In this document: positions 30,351-39,652 of the stretch, one piece after another
Layout: each line of letters starts with the position of its first letter
Numbering within the stretch: position 1 is the stretch's first letter
NCBI GenBank assembly: GCA_026396615.1
Contig: JAPLWK010000008.1
Location: 9,096 to 73,095 of the forward strand
Length of the DNA: 64,000 bases
From: a candidate division WWE3 bacterium
Lineage (GTDB): Bacteria; Patescibacteriota; WWE3; JAPLWK01
Direction of reading: 5' to 3'
Made by a program: the position numbers and the translations under genes
Notes under the pieces: generated by a model
What the model saw: the letters and a program-made list of their open reading frames with translations, nothing else
Databases searched by the model: none
What the model was told of the DNA's origin: nothing

Positions 30351-30701
30351 ATGCATAAACATAAAACTGTGGCCGCTAAAATTCCGGGAGACTCGGGATC
30401 GTATGGCATCATCAGAGATACAGCTGTCTTGGAGATAGCCGCTAATTCCCCAGAACCATTCGCGTACTTTGAAGTCGTTAGGCAGTTTGATAATCCCACT
30501 GACCCACCGACCGGGAATCTACCCAATGAAAACATACTGGCGATTGCTTTTATCTATGAGGATTCAACCCACCTTCACGACTTTGAAACACCAGAGGAGC
30601 TAGCCCGTATTAAAGAGCTTTATTCAACAGATTGGTACTTTTGTTATGTGGAACTGAGGCCGCTGCCCGACGTGCATGCCGCCCGTCAGTTATTTCGTTA
30701 A
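30351..30701 (+). CDS. Hypothetical protein
   Basis: AAGGAGAGG RBS. Confidence 0.65.
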   Translation: MHKHKTVAAKIPGDSGSYGIIRDTAVLEIAANSPEPFAYFEVVRQFDNPTDPPTGNLPNENILAIAFIYEDSTHLHDFETPEELARIKELYSTDWYFCYVELRPLPDVHAARQLFR

Positions 30702-30712
30702 GGAGACTAAAA

Positions 30713-31126
30713 ATGGCTACGAAAACGATTGAAGTTTTGGCGGGTATTATTGCCTGTGTGCCCACTGTTCCCAACGCCATACCCAGAGTGGTTGGCACTC
30801 GCGATGAGCTGGCTCAGGTAGTGTCTGATTTTGGACATAGAGTGAATTTATTTCAGCTGCAGCACCTATCTAAATTAGAAGTGAAAATGGCCGCTGAAAG
30901 CCAGAAAAGTGATGAAGCCGCAGAGGTTAGTGCCGGAAAGTGGGCAGTTAAGATCAGCGATCGCGGAATCACTAGTTTAAGAGTGTTTAGCGACTTCTTT
31001 GAACGCTACAACGTTATGGACAATACCGCCAAGAAATCAACGCAAGCCAAGTTTGAGGATGTGCGGCTAATTGCTGTCAGCCACGAACAAGCTTCATGGC
31101 ATTTGGCAGAACCCAGGCGCTGGTAA
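30713..31126 (+). CDS. Hypothetical protein
   Basis: AAGGAG RBS before ATG 30713, terminator hairpin at 31150-31182. Confidence 0.65.
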   Translation: MATKTIEVLAGIIACVPTVPNAIPRVVGTRDELAQVVSDFGHRVNLFQLQHLSKLEVKMAAESQKSDEAAEVSAGKWAVKISDRGITSLRVFSDFFERYNVMDNTAKKSTQAKFEDVRLIAVSHEQASWHLAEPRRW

Positions 31127-31186
31127 ATAACAAGTCGAACCACAAGTTAGCGCCCTTAGATTTATCTAAATTTAAGGGCGCGTTTG

Positions 31187-32320
31187 TTATTTAAAAGTAA
31201 TAACTCCCCCGCCAATTAATTCTTCGCGAAAATAAAAAACAGCACTTTGCCCCGCCGCTACGCCAAAAAAAGGCGTTTCTAAAGTAACTTCAATAATCCC
31301 CCCAATTTTCCGAATCTCCCCAACCTTAACAAACTCCCCTAAATGACGGATCCTCACTTTTAGATCTTTAATTTCTAAAGGATCTTTTAAGAAATTAAAA
31401 TCCTGGACCGATAAAATAGATATAGAAGCATCTTCTCGACTACCAACTACAAGTCTATTAGCGGCCACATTCTTGCTAATAACATACTGTTGTTGGCTAT
31501 TCGCTGTCTTGTTATTTGTTATAAAGCCATGGCGCTGCCCGATTGTGTACAAAGGTAACCCAATGTGACTGCCTATTACTGCTCCAGTAGTATTTACTAC
31601 CTCTCCTGGTTGTAACTTAGCGCCCGATAAATGCTTCTGTAGAAAGCTTTTAGTATCGTCATCGGGAATAAAGCACACGTCGTAACTTTCCGCAGCGTCT
31701 TTCATTGGCAATGACGATGCAGATGCCACCTTACGTACCTCTGGTTTGTTCATTTCTCCTAAAGGGAATATTAGTGACGATATCTGATCCTGTTTTAAAG
31801 TCCATAAAAAGTAGCTTTGATCTTTCTTCTTATCGGTTGCCATAAACAAACGGGGAATTGATTCCCCACGATCCGATTGTAGGGTTGACCCTATGTGGTC
31901 AACCTCAATCCGATCGACCCCCACATTCTGTATTTTGGCATAGTGCCCTGTAGCCAAATAATCAAACCCCTGCTCTTTTGACCACTCTAAAAGCCGCCCA
32001 ATTTTAAGGTACTCGTTACACCTAATACAAGGATTAGGCGTTAAACCAGCCTCGTAATCCGCAATAAAACGGTTAAACACTAATTCCTTAAAATCAGCCG
32101 AGTAATCCAGCACGGTTAGGGGGATATCTAGATGCCGGCAAAGCGCTACCACCTTCTTAAATGAGGATAAATCACAGCATTTATTGTAGTTTTGGTCCGA
32201 TAGTTTAAGGTGAACGCCATGCACCTCGTACCCTTGATCCTTTAATAGTAAGGCAGCCACCCCACTGTCAACACCACCGGACAGAGCAACGACAACTTTT
32301 TGACGCTTTTCTAAACTCAT
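31187..32320 (-). CDS. mnmA: tRNA 2-thiouridylase MnmA
   Basis: SGGVDS, TPNPCIRCN, ATGHYA, KDQSYFL, YTIGQR and GQSAVFY. Start re-assigned to ATG 32320. Confidence 0.97.
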   Translation of the reverse strand: MSLEKRQKVVVALSGGVDSGVAALLLKDQGYEVHGVHLKLSDQNYNKCCDLSSFKKVVALCRHLDIPLTVLDYSADFKELVFNRFIADYEAGLTPNPCIRCNEYLKIGRLLEWSKEQGFDYLATGHYAKIQNVGVDRIEVDHIGSTLQSDRGESIPRLFMATDKKKDQSYFLWTLKQDQISSLIFPLGEMNKPEVRKVASASSLPMKDAAESYDVCFIPDDDTKSFLQKHLSGAKLQPGEVVNTTGAVIGSHIGLPLYTIGQRHGFITNNKTANSQQQYVISKNVAANRLVVGSREDASISILSVQDFNFLKDPLEIKDLKVRIRHLGEFVKVGEIRKIGGIIEVTLETPFFGVAAGQSAVFYFREELIGGGVITFK

Positions 32321-32360
32321 AAGTGGACATTTTAAAGCAATAAACCAAACAAGACCATAC

Positions 32361-32425
32361 GTAGGGGCTTGATTTATCAAGCCCTCAATCCAATCGATCG
32401 AGGGCGGCATAAATGCCGCCCCTAC
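32361..32425. repeat. GTAG-type REP doublet
   Basis: GTAGGGGCTTGATTTATCAAGCCCTC ... GAGGGCGGCATAAATGCCGCCCCTAC. Confidence 0.85.
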
Positions 32426-32488
32426 GTTATTATTCGAGCACATTCGGAAACCATTAACAATTCCCGCAGAATACCGTATACTATTTAT

Positions 32489-33049
32489 ATGGATCTACTG
32501 GCCATTGGCAGCTTAATTTATCTATTTGCCGGTGACATTTTGCCTGCCGCACCCAAAGAAGTCTTAATAACGCCCTTCAAAGACGCCGCAGGCCGCTACG
32601 TTGAGCGCGCGGACTTAACGGCCTTGTGTTTAACCGCGGAACTGTTTGACCTGCGGCGTCAAGGTTTAATACTTATTGAAGGCAACGGCACCGTTACCTA
32701 CCTTAAAAAATCCGGTAGCAATCAAATGCCCAGTCCCATCTCCGATCTGGCGATTAGAATAATCGACGCTCTAAAATCTGAGGCCGTAAAACTTAGCGAT
32801 TTCGTAAAGAAGTTTGAGAATACTAAAGACACAATTTCTATAATTTACGAAGATCTAAAGCGTTTGGAATTAGTTAAGAAAGTAGAGGCTAAAAAGTTTT
32901 TGTTTATAAAATCGCCGGACTTTGAATTTAATCGCCAAAAAATTGAACCTTTAGAAAACCTGGTCCCGCAAGTTCAAGCTAAAATCGAGAATTATAAATT
33001 AGATCCCGGCTTTAATGAGATTTTAGCCCAAATCAAGGGCGTTATCTAG
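32489..33049 (+). CDS. Hypothetical protein, weakly GPP34/GOLPH3-like
   Basis: AELFDLRRQGLILIE segment. Start at ATG 32489. Confidence 0.55.
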   Translation: MDLLAIGSLIYLFAGDILPAAPKEVLITPFKDAAGRYVERADLTALCLTAELFDLRRQGLILIEGNGTVTYLKKSGSNQMPSPISDLAIRIIDALKSEAVKLSDFVKKFENTKDTISIIYEDLKRLELVKKVEAKKFLFIKSPDFEFNRQKIEPLENLVPQVQAKIENYKLDPGFNEILAQIKGVI

Positions 33050-33050
33050 T

Positions 33051-34127
33051 ATGTACGAGCCTAAATATATTATCTCACCAAAGCTTTTAAACGTCATTGG
33101 CAAAATCGAAGCGGCTAAAGAAGTTATTGAAAACGCTCCGTTAGTGCCCCAGTGGGAACGCCAGTTCATGAATGATGCTGAGGCTCGGACCGTCCATTTT
33201 TCGACGCATATTGAGGGCAATGCCTTAGAGTTTAGTGAAGTTAAGAAAGTGTTAACCGGCCGCGGTGAAGAAGTGGTGGCCAGAGAGCGTGACCTCCAGG
33301 AGATTCTTAACTACCGCGAAGTAGTTAAATACATCGAAAAAATGTCAACACCTACCCAACCTATCGTACCTATAATACCTATGGTACCTACCAACCCAAC
33401 TATAACTGAAAGCACTATCCGCGAGCTACACCGTTTAATTACGAACCGCATTCTTTCTCCAGAGAAACAAGGAAAATATCGCACCCAGATTGCCAGTATT
33501 CGCAATTCAATTACCGGCGAAGTCAGCTTTGTGGCCCCGGAAGCACCACAGATAAATATTTTAATGACCGACCTTACCACTTGGCTGACGACCGAAGCCA
33601 AGGACGTCCATCCCGTACTAAAAGCCGGCATGGTGCACTACGAACTGGTGCGGATTCATCCGTTTGAAGATGGGAATGGCCGCACAGCTCGGGCTCTGGC
33701 GACCTTGTCACTTTATCTGGATGGCTATAATATCCGCCGGTTTTTTAGTTTAGATGAGCATTACGACCAAGACGCCGCCGCTTATTATTCAGCTTTACAA
33801 GCGGCCAACAAAGGGGAACTCACAACCTGGCTGGAATATTTTAGTGAAGGACTGGCGATAGAACTTAACCGCGTTAAAGAGCGCGTCTTAAAACTTAGTC
33901 ATGATAGTAAGCTGCGGAAGACGGTTGGCCAAATTGCTTTGTCGGAGCGCCAAGAACGGGTCATTGAGCAATTGCAAGACGTCGGCTACGTCCAAAATAA
34001 AGATTTTAAGAATATCTTCCCCGGCATCAGTGAGGACACGGTCTTAAGAGAGTTAAAAGACCTCGTTATTAAAGGCCTGATCTTTAAAAAAGGTAGTACC
34101 AAAGGGGCAAGATATGTACTTCGGTAG
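33051..34127 (+). CDS. Fic family protein with C-terminal wHTH
   Basis: STHIEGN inhibitory-type motif, HPFEDGNGRTAR and SEDTVLRELKDL. Confidence 0.95.
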   Translation: MYEPKYIISPKLLNVIGKIEAAKEVIENAPLVPQWERQFMNDAEARTVHFSTHIEGNALEFSEVKKVLTGRGEEVVARERDLQEILNYREVVKYIEKMSTPTQPIVPIIPMVPTNPTITESTIRELHRLITNRILSPEKQGKYRTQIASIRNSITGEVSFVAPEAPQINILMTDLTTWLTTEAKDVHPVLKAGMVHYELVRIHPFEDGNGRTARALATLSLYLDGYNIRRFFSLDEHYDQDAAAYYSALQAANKGELTTWLEYFSEGLAIELNRVKERVLKLSHDSKLRKTVGQIALSERQERVIEQLQDVGYVQNKDFKNIFPGISEDTVLRELKDLVIKGLIFKKGSTKGARYVLR

Positions 34128-34129
34128 TT

Positions 34130-34230
34130 GACTCATTAGTCATTAGACATTTGGCATTTCGCCATTAAATCATTGAACATTAATGAAAAATGGTTAAATG
34201 ACTTAATGACTAATGTTAAATGGCAAATGA
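34130..34230. repeat. Heptamer (CATTAGT/ACTAATG-like) inverted-repeat tract
   Basis: About 7 CATT-containing units followed by about 6 AATG-containing units. Confidence 0.8.
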
Positions 34231-34237
34231 ATCCAAT

Positions 34238-36034
34238 ATGACTTTCTCTAAACTCACAGAATATTTTCAAAAACTGGAATCTACCCCAAAGCGCTTGGAG
34301 ATTACTTCGATCCTTGCGGAGCTCATCAACGAAGCAGATGCGACTGAAGTCGACAAGATTCTCTATTTGACCGAGGGACGGCTCGGACCTCTTTTTGACA
34401 ATGAGGACTTTAACCTCGGCGATAAAATGATCCAACGAGTCCTAAGTACTGCCTACAACAAAGCAACTGAAGAAATAACCAAGCAACTAAACACTGCCGG
34501 TGACCTTGGTGACGTCGCTGAAAAACTATCAAACTTATCGCCCTTACCTCCCGCATCTCCCTTAACCGTAATCGAGGTATTCGATCAACTAACTACTATT
34601 GCTTACGCAAGTGGCACTAACTCTCAGGATCGTAAAGTACAATCACTTGCTTCTCTACTAAGAATCAGTGCCCCGGTGGCAGCTAAATATTTAGTTAGGA
34701 TTCCCTTAGGAAAGTTGCGTTTAGGGTTTTCCGATCTTACTGTTCTTGATGCTCTCTCTTACACCATTACCGGGGACAAAGCCTTAAGAAACCAAATTGA
34801 AGCCACCTACAACATTTATCCGGATATCGGGCAAATAGCCAAAGTGCTAAAAGAATCCGGTACCGATGGCCTTAAAAAAATTAAACTCACCGCGGGAGTC
34901 CCTATTCTACCGGAGCGCTGCTCATTAGTTGAAAGTAGTGTGGAAATGCTAGAACGATCGGAGGTCTGGGCAGTGCAACCCAAGTATGACGGTTTAAGAA
35001 CGCAGATTCACTACGGCGTAAAATCGGCCAACCACGATTCCCTCATTACCTCAATTCCCCTTATCCCCCTTAACACCCAAACCTCCCATATAAAAACCAA
35101 AATCTACTCCCGAGGCCTGGAAGACATTACAGCAACGATGCCGGAAATAGTAGCAGCCGCGGAACAACTAGCTAACGAGTGTCACTTGAGTAGTTTTATT
35201 TTAGACGGTGAGGCCGTTACCGTAGATCCCACTACCGGTAAAATAATGCCATTTAACGATACCGTTACCCGCAAACGGAAGTATGATATTGCCGAAAAAT
35301 CGGCCAGCAATCCTTTGAACATTTTCGTTTTCGATTTACTCTTATTAAATGGAGAGGACTTAACCAACGAACCCTACACCGATCGATACGATCGTTTATC
35401 CAACCTATTACACCTACCCAACATATCAAACTTAACCAACCTGCACTTAACCCCCCAAACTGTTTTAAAAGACGCGGCGGCTATTTCGGCCCTATTCCAA
35501 AAAGACATTAAAGAAGGCTACGAGGGGATTGTGGCCAAAAAACCAAACAGTACCTACCACGCTGGTGCCCGTGATTATTCTTGGGTTAAACTAAAGCGGG
35601 AGGGCGACACCTCAGGCCTAGCCGACACTATCGATTGCGTAGTCATGGGTTACTACGCTGGTGAAGGGAAACGCAACGATTTTGGTATTGGCGCTTTTTT
35701 AGTTGGGGTTTACGATCCTAGCGATGACACCTTTAAGACACTGGCTAAAATCGGCACCGGACTTACTGACGATCGCTGGCGTGAGCTTAAAGCCAAGTGT
35801 GATCAAATAAAAACCACCAAAATGCCCACTCGTTACGTTACCCCCGCTTCCCTATCACCACACGTCTGGGTGACCCCCAGGCTCGTCGTCTCGATCCGAG
35901 CCGATCAAGTTACTAAATCCCCCAGTCACAGCAGCGGCTACTCCTTAAGATTTCCCAGACTTCTCGACTACCGCGAAAAGCTTCCGGAAGACGCCAACTC
36001 TGTAAGCGACATAGAAAAATTGTTTAAAAAATAA
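34238..36034 (+). CDS. lig: ATP-dependent DNA ligase (archaeal/eukaryotic ligase I type)
   Basis: N-terminal DNA-binding domain, KYDGLR, LDGE, EGIVAK, WVKLK and SLRFPR. Confidence 0.95.
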   Translation: MTFSKLTEYFQKLESTPKRLEITSILAELINEADATEVDKILYLTEGRLGPLFDNEDFNLGDKMIQRVLSTAYNKATEEITKQLNTAGDLGDVAEKLSNLSPLPPASPLTVIEVFDQLTTIAYASGTNSQDRKVQSLASLLRISAPVAAKYLVRIPLGKLRLGFSDLTVLDALSYTITGDKALRNQIEATYNIYPDIGQIAKVLKESGTDGLKKIKLTAGVPILPERCSLVESSVEMLERSEVWAVQPKYDGLRTQIHYGVKSANHDSLITSIPLIPLNTQTSHIKTKIYSRGLEDITATMPEIVAAAEQLANECHLSSFILDGEAVTVDPTTGKIMPFNDTVTRKRKYDIAEKSASNPLNIFVFDLLLLNGEDLTNEPYTDRYDRLSNLLHLPNISNLTNLHLTPQTVLKDAAAISALFQKDIKEGYEGIVAKKPNSTYHAGARDYSWVKLKREGDTSGLADTIDCVVMGYYAGEGKRNDFGIGAFLVGVYDPSDDTFKTLAKIGTGLTDDRWRELKAKCDQIKTTKMPTRYVTPASLSPHVWVTPRLVVSIRADQVTKSPSHSSGYSLRFPRLLDYREKLPEDANSVSDIEKLFKK

Positions 36035-36174
36035 ATCAAAATCTTATTCGTCCTATTCTACCTATCAGACATATCATACCTATATAACCCAACCAAACCC
36101 CCAGCACTAGAAAAAACCCAAAGAACTGCTACACTATTTAGATAAGATTATGTTTGTAAAGGTGGTGATTATTA

Positions 36175-36483
36175 ATGTCTGAAGTAACTGCAACCCCCGT
36201 AGCTAAAAGTGACAGTAACCTAATGGCCGCTATCTCCTACTTATGGATTCTTTCCATAGTAATGTATTTCGTTAAGAAAGATGATGAATTCGTGAGATTC
36301 CATGCTAAACAAGGTATGGTACTTTTTATAGCTGAGTTAGTTTGCACTATCATCCCGGTTATCAACTTTTTCGCCTGGATTGTTTTCTTAATAATCGCCA
36401 TTGTTGCCGCGTCTAAGGCTTACAAGGGTGAACGCTGGGTAATGCCAGTCGTTGGAGGAATCGCCGAAAAGATTAATTTCTAA
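36175..36483 (+). CDS. DUF4870-like membrane protein
   Basis: MAAISYL, FVRFHAKQG and AYKGE..MPVVG. Confidence 0.8.
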   Translation: MSEVTATPVAKSDSNLMAAISYLWILSIVMYFVKKDDEFVRFHAKQGMVLFIAELVCTIIPVINFFAWIVFLIIAIVAASKAYKGERWVMPVVGGIAEKINF

Positions 36484-36491
36484 GAGGTTTT

Positions 36492-36839
36492 ATGGGTGAT
36501 GAGCATCCGTTTAGCAATGAAGCCCTAAAAAAGGCCGAAAAAGCCCGCAACTTAAAGGCGGCAGTTTCTTATTTGTGGCTGGGATCGCTTTTCACGATGC
36601 TGACTAACAACGGCGACGCTTTTGTAGCCATGCACGCTCGTCAGGGAGTAACGATTACTCTCTTTACCGCCCTTATTTTTATTCCGGGACTGACGCAATT
36701 CTTCCTCCCCTTTGTGGGAGGAGCTTGCGCCATTATGTACGGCTTAGGTTTCTACATGGCTTATCAGGGACGTGAGTTCAAAATGCCGGGAATTTGGGAC
36801 CTATCGCAGAAGATATTTAGGTCACAGTACATAGGATAA
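36492..36839 (+). CDS. DUF4870-like membrane protein (paralog)
   Basis: AAVSYLW, FVAMHARQG and AYQGREFKMP. Confidence 0.75.
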   Translation: MGDEHPFSNEALKKAEKARNLKAAVSYLWLGSLFTMLTNNGDAFVAMHARQGVTITLFTALIFIPGLTQFFLPFVGGACAIMYGLGFYMAYQGREFKMPGIWDLSQKIFRSQYIG

Positions 36840-37022
36840 AGAATGTCATTCCGGGCTTGACCCGGAATCCAGCAGCTCTAATAATTTGAAATTTAAAATC
36901 AAAGTTTAAATTTGAAAAATCGACGCTCATTTTGTTCGCTACCAATTCTTATAGAATTGTTAAATTTTTAAGCATTTCAAATTGAATTCAAATTGTAAAT
37001 TTCAAATTGAAAATTAAGATTA

Positions 37023-37319
37023 ATGAAATCTATTAAAGAAGTTTTATCTGTTAGAGATCCAAAAAAAGGAAAGTACTCCAAGAACGAGTTTCAAGTGTTC
37101 GGCTACTATCTCGCTACGAACTTAGAAGACACCGCCCACACCTCACTCTATATTAAGCTCTCCAAAGACGTTGATCGCAACTTGTTGGAAAAGGCTTTAG
37201 CGTTTGTAAAAGACAGCAAAGCCCGCTCTAAAGGGAAATTATTCATGTGGAAACTGAAAGAACTGCGTCAACAAAATAAAACAAAGCAGACCAAGCCGGA
37301 AGAATTAAATCCAGTTTAA
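37023..37319 (+). CDS. Small basic hypothetical protein
   Basis: Plausible ORF with LYIKLSK and GKLFMWKLKE segments. Confidence 0.7.
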   Translation: MKSIKEVLSVRDPKKGKYSKNEFQVFGYYLATNLEDTAHTSLYIKLSKDVDRNLLEKALAFVKDSKARSKGKLFMWKLKELRQQNKTKQTKPEELNPV

Positions 37320-37423
37320 TAGTTAGCTGACAAATAGGAGCACGTGCTAAGTTTTGTCAATATTAAAACCCGTCTGATTCCCCTTGCACTCTGCTTTGAA
37401 TATATCTAATATTAAAGTAGCAA

Positions 37424-37954
37424 ATGTTGACGTTTCTAAAGCACTACAAAATTAACCTCGCCATTGCTCTCGTCATGGCGGTTGCCATTATAATCATCCG
37501 CGGCGACTACGCGCTCATCACGATTATTTTGACACTGGTGGCCGCCAAATTGACCGTCTTTTTCTTTGACCTGGAGTTCATCTTCTATGCTTACTTCGCA
37601 GAACCAAATACCACCTTTAGCACGTCGCTAAGGACGCTGTTTAGTCAGAAAAACTATGTTGGTGCCATAAGTTTTATCGAGGCCCACGGATCTGATGCCA
37701 AAAATCCGATTCTTCGCAGTGCTCTCTTTCAAATACTTTTGATAGTCATTGCTGCTTATTTAGTCTTTTCCAAAGTAGGTCCTTTCGGTGTCACCTTTGC
37801 GGTGACCTTGCTAGCTCAAAGCATTTATTTGGGCTGGGAGAGGCGACATTTGGACTGGTTTTGGAACGTCAAGATGACCTTGACGAATAATGTTTATTAT
37901 TTTTATTTCGGTGTTATTTCTGTAATTTCGGTTTTCCTGTTGTTGTCGATTTAG
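37424..37954 (+). CDS. Hypothetical membrane protein
   Basis: About 5 TM segments. Confidence 0.7.
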   Translation: MLTFLKHYKINLAIALVMAVAIIIIRGDYALITIILTLVAAKLTVFFFDLEFIFYAYFAEPNTTFSTSLRTLFSQKNYVGAISFIEAHGSDAKNPILRSALFQILLIVIAAYLVFSKVGPFGVTFAVTLLAQSIYLGWERRHLDWFWNVKMTLTNNVYYFYFGVISVISVFLLLSI

Positions 37955-38085
37955 ACAGTGTATTACTTGTCATTCCGGGCTTGACCCGGAATCCAGTCAA
38001 CCCGATTGTTATTTGCTTTTTGTTATTTGTTATTTTGATCGATGTTACTGGATTCCGGCTCCGGGGCCGGAATGACGAATTGTTT

Positions 38086-38844
38086 ATGAACAACTTACTC
38101 TACGGTTTCATCGTCGTCATCGGAATTTGGACTGCCACCACCGCGGTTAGTCTCATTAAAAGAAACACTAAGGTCGATATTTGGGGCGCGCTCGTCTGGG
38201 TTTTAATCGGTGGTTTAATAGGGGCGAGACTCTACCATGTCGCTAGTCTTTGGGGTTATTATTCTCAAAATCCCGGGGCGATAATTGCCATTTGGCAAGG
38301 CGGGTTGGGCATATACGGCGGCTTAATTGGAGGCGCCATTGCTCTCGTCACCTACTCTCGTCTGCATCATCTGCCTATACTACAACTACTTGACCTTGTC
38401 GCTTTAGGTTTACCGCTTGGACAGGCAATAGGCAGATGGGGCAACTACTTTCGCCAGGAACTTTACGGCCTGCCAACTCAATTACCTTGGGGCATCTACA
38501 TCGCCCCGGAAAATAGATTATGGCAAGTGATGCCTTTTAGCCACTTTCATCCGTTATTTCTCTACGAATCCCTCGGCTGCCTAGTAATATTTGGCATTCT
38601 AGTGGGTCTTGCCCTGAGCGAGGCCGCCCCAGGCGGACGAGTCGAAAGGGTTGACGGAGCCCTCTTTTTAATTTATATTGCCTTATACGGAATTTTAAGG
38701 TTCACTTTAGAACCTTTGCGGATTGAGAGTTGGACTTTAGGAAGTGTGAACGTCGCGGAGGCCATCTCGGCTTTGTTAACAATTACAGGCATCGTTTTAT
38801 TAGTAATTTTATGGAAGAAAAAACATCCGTCAAAACTTACTTAA
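38086..38844 (+). CDS. lgt: Prolipoprotein diacylglyceryl transferase
   Basis: GARLYHV, GGLGIYGG, QAIGRWGNY, HPLFLYES and RFTLE. Start at ATG 38086. Confidence 0.95.
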   Translation: MNNLLYGFIVVIGIWTATTAVSLIKRNTKVDIWGALVWVLIGGLIGARLYHVASLWGYYSQNPGAIIAIWQGGLGIYGGLIGGAIALVTYSRLHHLPILQLLDLVALGLPLGQAIGRWGNYFRQELYGLPTQLPWGIYIAPENRLWQVMPFSHFHPLFLYESLGCLVIFGILVGLALSEAAPGGRVERVDGALFLIYIALYGILRFTLEPLRIESWTLGSVNVAEAISALLTITGIVLLVILWKKKHPSKLT

Positions 38845-39584
38845 CTCCCGTCGCCGTCGTCGTGGCAGGAATAATAATTGGTTCGGCGATTGTATTTAAA
38901 GATAAAATAGACATTAAAATCGGATCTAAAGGGACTACCGCCGGAACCCAAGCCACCGCTCCCACTCCAACTCCCAGTCCCACCCCAGCACCAACCGCCG
39001 ATTTAACCGCTATTAAACCAACTTCGGCTGATACAGTGCTCGGTGACAAGAATGCCAAGGTTCAGATTATTTCTTTTAGTGATTTTGCCTGCCCGTATTG
39101 CTCCGCCGCCGATGGTAAAAATGATGCCATGACGACGAGCTTAAAAGGGCAATTCCCAGACTGGCAACCGGCCCTCCCAAATATTATTAAAGATTACGTT
39201 AATACCGGTAAAGCCCAATTAGTCTTCCGAGAATTTCCAGTCCACGGTCCCATTGCCGCTAAAGCCGCCGAAGCCGCCATGTGCGCCGGTGATACCGGTA
39301 AATACTACGAAATGTCCGGTAAATTATTTGAGACTCAAACTGAATGGTCAAGCTTAGCCATCGCCGATGCCACGACCAAATTTAACGGCTATGCGACGGA
39401 CCTAGGATTGAATATTGCTGACTGTTTAAGTAGCGGCAAACACACCGCTGACGTTTCCAAGGATCAAGCGGACGGTCAAAAGGCCGGAGTGACGGGCACC
39501 CCAACGTTCTTCATTAATGGTGAAATCCTTGTGGGTGCCCAGCCCTACAGTGCCTTTCAGAAGGCCATAGACGCAAAACTTTAA
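38811..39584 (+). CDS. DsbA family thioredoxin-fold protein
   Basis: N-terminal TM, FSDFACPYC and GVTGTPTFFING. Confidence 0.93.
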   Translation: MEEKTSVKTYLTPVAVVVAGIIIGSAIVFKDKIDIKIGSKGTTAGTQATAPTPTPSPTPAPTADLTAIKPTSADTVLGDKNAKVQIISFSDFACPYCSAADGKNDAMTTSLKGQFPDWQPALPNIIKDYVNTGKAQLVFREFPVHGPIAAKAAEAAMCAGDTGKYYEMSGKLFETQTEWSSLAIADATTKFNGYATDLGLNIADCLSSGKHTADVSKDQADGQKAGVTGTPTFFINGEILVGAQPYSAFQKAIDAKL

Positions 39585-39652
39585 CACCACATGTCATTCC
39601 GGGCCCCGAAGGGGAGCCTTTGGCTCTTGACCCGGAATCCAGAATATTACCC

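Noticed and set aside
28768-31182. Integron cassette array
   Set aside because: No integron integrase is present, the hairpins lack clear RYYYAAC/GTTRRRY ends, and the genes carry their own promoters.
37981-38085. Extended N-termini of lgt (and likewise mnmA, trxB, GtrA) in the ORF track
   Set aside because: The extensions run through REP sequences; downstream ATGs fit the family lengths.
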